Part shown: positions 60,945 through 64,000 of the stretch, piece after piece | Layout: each line of letters begins with the position of its first letter | How positions within the stretch are numbered: the first letter of the stretch is position 1 | DNA from: Trueperaceae bacterium | GTDB lineage: Bacteria > Deinococcota > Deinococci > Deinococcales > Trueperaceae | Assembly: GCA_965213705.1 (NCBI GenBank) | Contig: OZ243913.1 | Span: 2,240,001-2,304,000 of the forward strand | Direction of reading: 5' to 3' | Length of the DNA: 64,000 nucleotides | Made by a program: the position numbers and the translations under genes | Notes under the pieces: model-generated | What the model was told of the DNA's origin: nothing | The model's input: the letters and a program-made list of their open reading frames with translations, nothing else | Databases searched by the model: none

Positions 60945-61084
60945 CTCGAGTTGAGTTTTATGGCTCGAGGCTCGCCTTACGCTGCTAGCATGGCGTCGGG
61001 CGCGTTGCTCGTTTTCGTTCGCAGCGTGCGGGGCTGGCCTGAAAAAGGAGGGCGAGACTTATCCGTGACGAATCGGGTTATAGC

Positions 61085-62323
61085 ATGTGTTGGAAGATAA
61101 TAGCGATTCTCGTGCTGAGTTTGGCAACCCCAGGGCTGGCGGCTTTCCTTCCCGACAGTTCGGCAGCCGCACGAACGGACAACGTGATGCCTGCACAATC
61201 GTCTGGTGAAACGCCCCTCGAGGAAGAAACGAAGACCTTTGACGGCGTCAACGCTATCGGCACCGAACTTTCCAGCGGCTCCAAGCTGGCAGTGGGCCAG
61301 AACAGTCTCAAATCGCCTACCCCGATAACGCTTCAGACTTTCGACAACCGGCCCGAAGGCGGCGACCCGAGGTTTAAGCCCATCGGTCTCCGTACCGTCG
61401 TCGAATTGCCGCTGGCGCAGGTGAACCTGTCGGACCCGATGATTAGAACTTTGTTCATCTATGCCCCAGCCTTGGAAGGTGCTTACGAGACCTCTGTGCA
61501 ACCCGTTCAAGAAGTCACCATCTCGGTTGGTAAAGGAAAAGAATATGTCTTTCTGGATAGCTACATTCCCGACTTTCCCGTCATCATCACACCAGCCATC
61601 ATCGAAAGCGTGCTGGATATTTACCCGTTCCGTCCCAAACTGCTGAGAATATCGGTACAGCCTGTAGATGCAAGGGATTTCTTCGAATTTCCAACACCCG
61701 ACGAGTCTTCGCTGAGCCTTAGAGCAGACGAGGTTTTCGTGCAAGCGCAAACACATACCCCCGCTGTGATTTTTGAGGAAACCAAAACTTTTGGAACTGA
61801 AATCGTTGATGGAAAACATAGAGGTGGGGAAATCAACATTCCTAACCTCGACCTTATACCTTGTACCGCCAGAAACGGTTTTTGTGACTATGCTGTCGGT
61901 GTTTACAGTGGCGCGTTTAATAGAGAATCGAACGTTACCCTACGCGTTATTGCAAATCAGCAACCGTCCTTCTCCGGTCAAGAAGCAATCGGGCATCAGG
62001 TTTCCGCCGAACTGCCGTGGGAATCGCTTACCTTAGATACTTCTGTCAGTGTCATGACTTTGTTCGCCCCCACCTTCCCCGGTGTTTACGAAGAAAATCT
62101 CGGTTTCATAGCCGCAGAAGTTCAAATCAGCTTCGACGGCAAGGTTTACTCGTACCTCCGAGACTACGGCTTGGGTGACCCGCTGTGGGTATATGCCGGG
62201 AACATCGTTTCGGGGATGCGCGAGTTGGGAATCCGTCAGGCTGAAACGATTCGCATTTCTGTTTTGCCTATCAGTAACAAAAACACCTTTAAAGACGCCG
62301 GTAGTTCTCCAAAAAATCCCTGA
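61085..62323 (+). CDS. Secreted hypothetical protein with an internally duplicated domain
   Basis: Signal-peptide-like N-terminus, 412-aa ORF at lower GC, two related halves. Confidence 0.65.
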   Translation: MCWKIIAILVLSLATPGLAAFLPDSSAAARTDNVMPAQSSGETPLEEETKTFDGVNAIGTELSSGSKLAVGQNSLKSPTPITLQTFDNRPEGGDPRFKPIGLRTVVELPLAQVNLSDPMIRTLFIYAPALEGAYETSVQPVQEVTISVGKGKEYVFLDSYIPDFPVIITPAIIESVLDIYPFRPKLLRISVQPVDARDFFEFPTPDESSLSLRADEVFVQAQTHTPAVIFEETKTFGTEIVDGKHRGGEINIPNLDLIPCTARNGFCDYAVGVYSGAFNRESNVTLRVIANQQPSFSGQEAIGHQVSAELPWESLTLDTSVSVMTLFAPTFPGVYEENLGFIAAEVQISFDGKVYSYLRDYGLGDPLWVYAGNIVSGMRELGIRQAETIRISVLPISNKNTFKDAGSSPKNP

Positions 62324-62340
62324 GCCAAACAAAAAGCCAG

Positions 62341-63462
62341 CTATGACTGTTTAGCCGCCCACGGTTGAACCCGCCCATAGGTCAGCGTTCTCCACAACCA
62401 CTCGAGCGCCCCATACTGAAAAAACCGCAGCCACAGCGCGCTCACAACAACCTGCACCGCAAAGATGCCGAGGCTGATGAAAAACGTCGTCGCCGCGCCG
62501 AGTTGGCCGTAGTAGCCCAAACCGTAGCCGTAAAAAATCAGCGTACACACGACCGACTGGCCGAGGTAGTTACTCAGCGCCGTCCGCCCGATGGGACTCA
62601 AAAACTGCAAGCGCCGCTGCCAGGGGTCACGCTGTAACAGCAAACTCAGACCGGCGAGGTAGGCAAAGCCCAAAAACGGGCTGGCGACGAAGTACTCGAG
62701 CAAGTACGTCCACCCTGTAACAGCGTCACCCCTCAGAACCGTGTAGAGATAAAGCCCGAAGATGGGCAGGGCGACGGCGAGCGACACGGCAAACACCCGC
62801 AGCAGCCAGGGCCGGTTCGCTGCGACCTCGGCCACGCCGCGCCGCCCGACGAGGTAGCCGAGCAGGAAAAGCCCGAGCAGTTGACCGCCGAAGATAATCG
62901 TTCCGCCGAGCAAGTCGGCGGAATACTCGGCCGCCCGCAAGGCCGTGATGCTGAGGTAGTCGCCGGTCGCGTAGAGGCTGGTCTCGAGCGAAGCAGGGTT
63001 GGGTAGGGTGCTCGAGAGCGGTGACACGAGCAGTAGCGACAGCAACCAGCCGGCCCCGGCGCTCAGCACGAGCCGCCGGTCGCCGAAGTGCCGAAACGCG
63101 GGCAGCAGCAAGCCAAGAAGCGCGTAAGCCGCCAAAATATCGCCGCGCCAAATCAAAAAGCCGTGGACAAGTCCGAAGCTGAGCAACACGAACAGCCGCC
63201 GCCGGAAAACAGGTAAAACGGCTTCTCCTTTGCGCAACTGGAGCGCGAACCCGAGACCGAACAAAAACGAGAACATCGGATAAAACGTGCCCTCGCCGAG
63301 CAGGCGGATGGCGGCCGCCACGGTCCGGTCGAGTCCTGTGGCGCTCGGCCCGGTGTAGGCCTGCAACACGTTGACGACGAGCACGCCGAACAGCGCAAAG
63401 CCGCGTAGAATATCGAGGGTGATGATGCGCTTTGTCGGCTGGGTGGGGTTGAAAACTGTCAC
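62341..63462 (-). CDS. DUF418 (YeiB-like) membrane protein
   Basis: RIITLDILRGFALFG, FYPMFSFLFG, GDIL..YA, GRTALSNYLGQS, YGALEWLWR. Confidence 0.9.
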   Translation of the reverse strand: MTVFNPTQPTKRIITLDILRGFALFGVLVVNVLQAYTGPSATGLDRTVAAAIRLLGEGTFYPMFSFLFGLGFALQLRKGEAVLPVFRRRLFVLLSFGLVHGFLIWRGDILAAYALLGLLLPAFRHFGDRRLVLSAGAGWLLSLLLVSPLSSTLPNPASLETSLYATGDYLSITALRAAEYSADLLGGTIIFGGQLLGLFLLGYLVGRRGVAEVAANRPWLLRVFAVSLAVALPIFGLYLYTVLRGDAVTGWTYLLEYFVASPFLGFAYLAGLSLLLQRDPWQRRLQFLSPIGRTALSNYLGQSVVCTLIFYGYGLGYYGQLGAATTFFISLGIFAVQVVVSALWLRFFQYGALEWLWRTLTYGRVQPWAAKQS

Positions 63463-63547
63463 GCGAAGGCCAGTCTAGCTTTGCGACGAGCGCCAAGGGT
63501 TCGGCCGGGCTACGGCTGAGCGGCGTTCTAGCGGTATGCTGATAGGC

Positions 63548-64000
63548 ATGAAAATTTACACAAAAACCGGAGACAAGGGCGAGACCGGGCTGTACGGCGG
63601 CGCGCGGGTGTCTAAAGACGACGCGCGGGTCGCGGCTTACGGCACCGTCGACGAGGCCAACGCGGCGCTCGGGGTGGCGCGGGCTTACTACGCCGACAAG
63701 GCCGTCAACGACGACCTTGAAGTCGTCCAGAACGTACTTTTCGATGTCGGGGCCGACCTCGCCACGCCGCAGGATTCGAAGTACCGCAGCCAAGTTACGG
63801 CGATTGACGAGGGCGACGTGCGCGACTTGGAGCGCCTCATTGACCGCTATGACGGCGAGCTGGAGCCGCTCAAAAACTTTGTCCTGCCCGGCGGCCACGA
63901 GGCGGCGGCGGCGCTCCACTTTGCTAGAACCGTGGTGCGCCGCGCCGAGCGCGAGGTCGTCGCTTTAAGTCGGCAGGAGGCCGTGAACCCGCAGGTCGCC
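63548..64000 (+). CDS. PduO-type ATP:cob(I)alamin adenosyltransferase (3' end outside window)
   Basis: Manual translation MKIYTKTGDKGETGLYGG.RVSKD..RV.AYGTVDEAN..FVLPGG..ARTVVRRAER. Confidence 0.92.
   Translation, partial: MKIYTKTGDKGETGLYGGARVSKDDARVAAYGTVDEANAALGVARAYYADKAVNDDLEVVQNVLFDVGADLATPQDSKYRSQVTAIDEGDVRDLERLIDRYDGELEPLKNFVLPGGHEAAAALHFARTVVRRAEREVVALSRQEAVNPQVA

Overview
GC-rich bacterial chromosomal DNA, most likely Deinococcota (Truepera/Meiothermus-like; inferred from the alpha2-type GlyRS with T-box, the Deinococcus-type crtO/cruF/cruC/cruD/crtD set and pervasive leaderless -10 motifs). Left to right: a partial PreT/GltD-like oxidoreductase, a VPS10/BNR beta-propeller protein, an SLC12-type transporter, small enzymes, an orphan AddB-like protein, a low-GC cassette-like islet, a complete-looking D-apiose uptake/catabolism cluster (GntR, ABC transporter, apnL, apsD, RuBisCO-like protein, oiaK, apnO, oiaC-like) interrupted by an Mrr-like nuclease, pdxS, T-box-glyQS, aspartokinase with an internal beta-subunit start, an acyl-CoA dehydrogenase/ETF/ALDH block with two toxin-antitoxin pairs, ispG, an IS5 element, a carotenoid cluster, an S8 lipoprotein protease, an ABC-2 + DesK/DesR-like module, a duplicated-domain secreted orphan, a DUF418 protein and a partial PduO-type adenosyltransferase. 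The most unusual signals are not genes. CTCGAG is iterated like a highly iterated palindrome while GATC is nearly absent. A ~58-bp dispersed repeat and a 108-bp four-hairpin element are inserted in frame in carotenoid enzymes. 15-bp micro-duplications recur in protein linkers. No CRISPR array, rRNA or tRNA was seen. All calls come from motif recognition by eye; no searches were run and all counts are hand counts.
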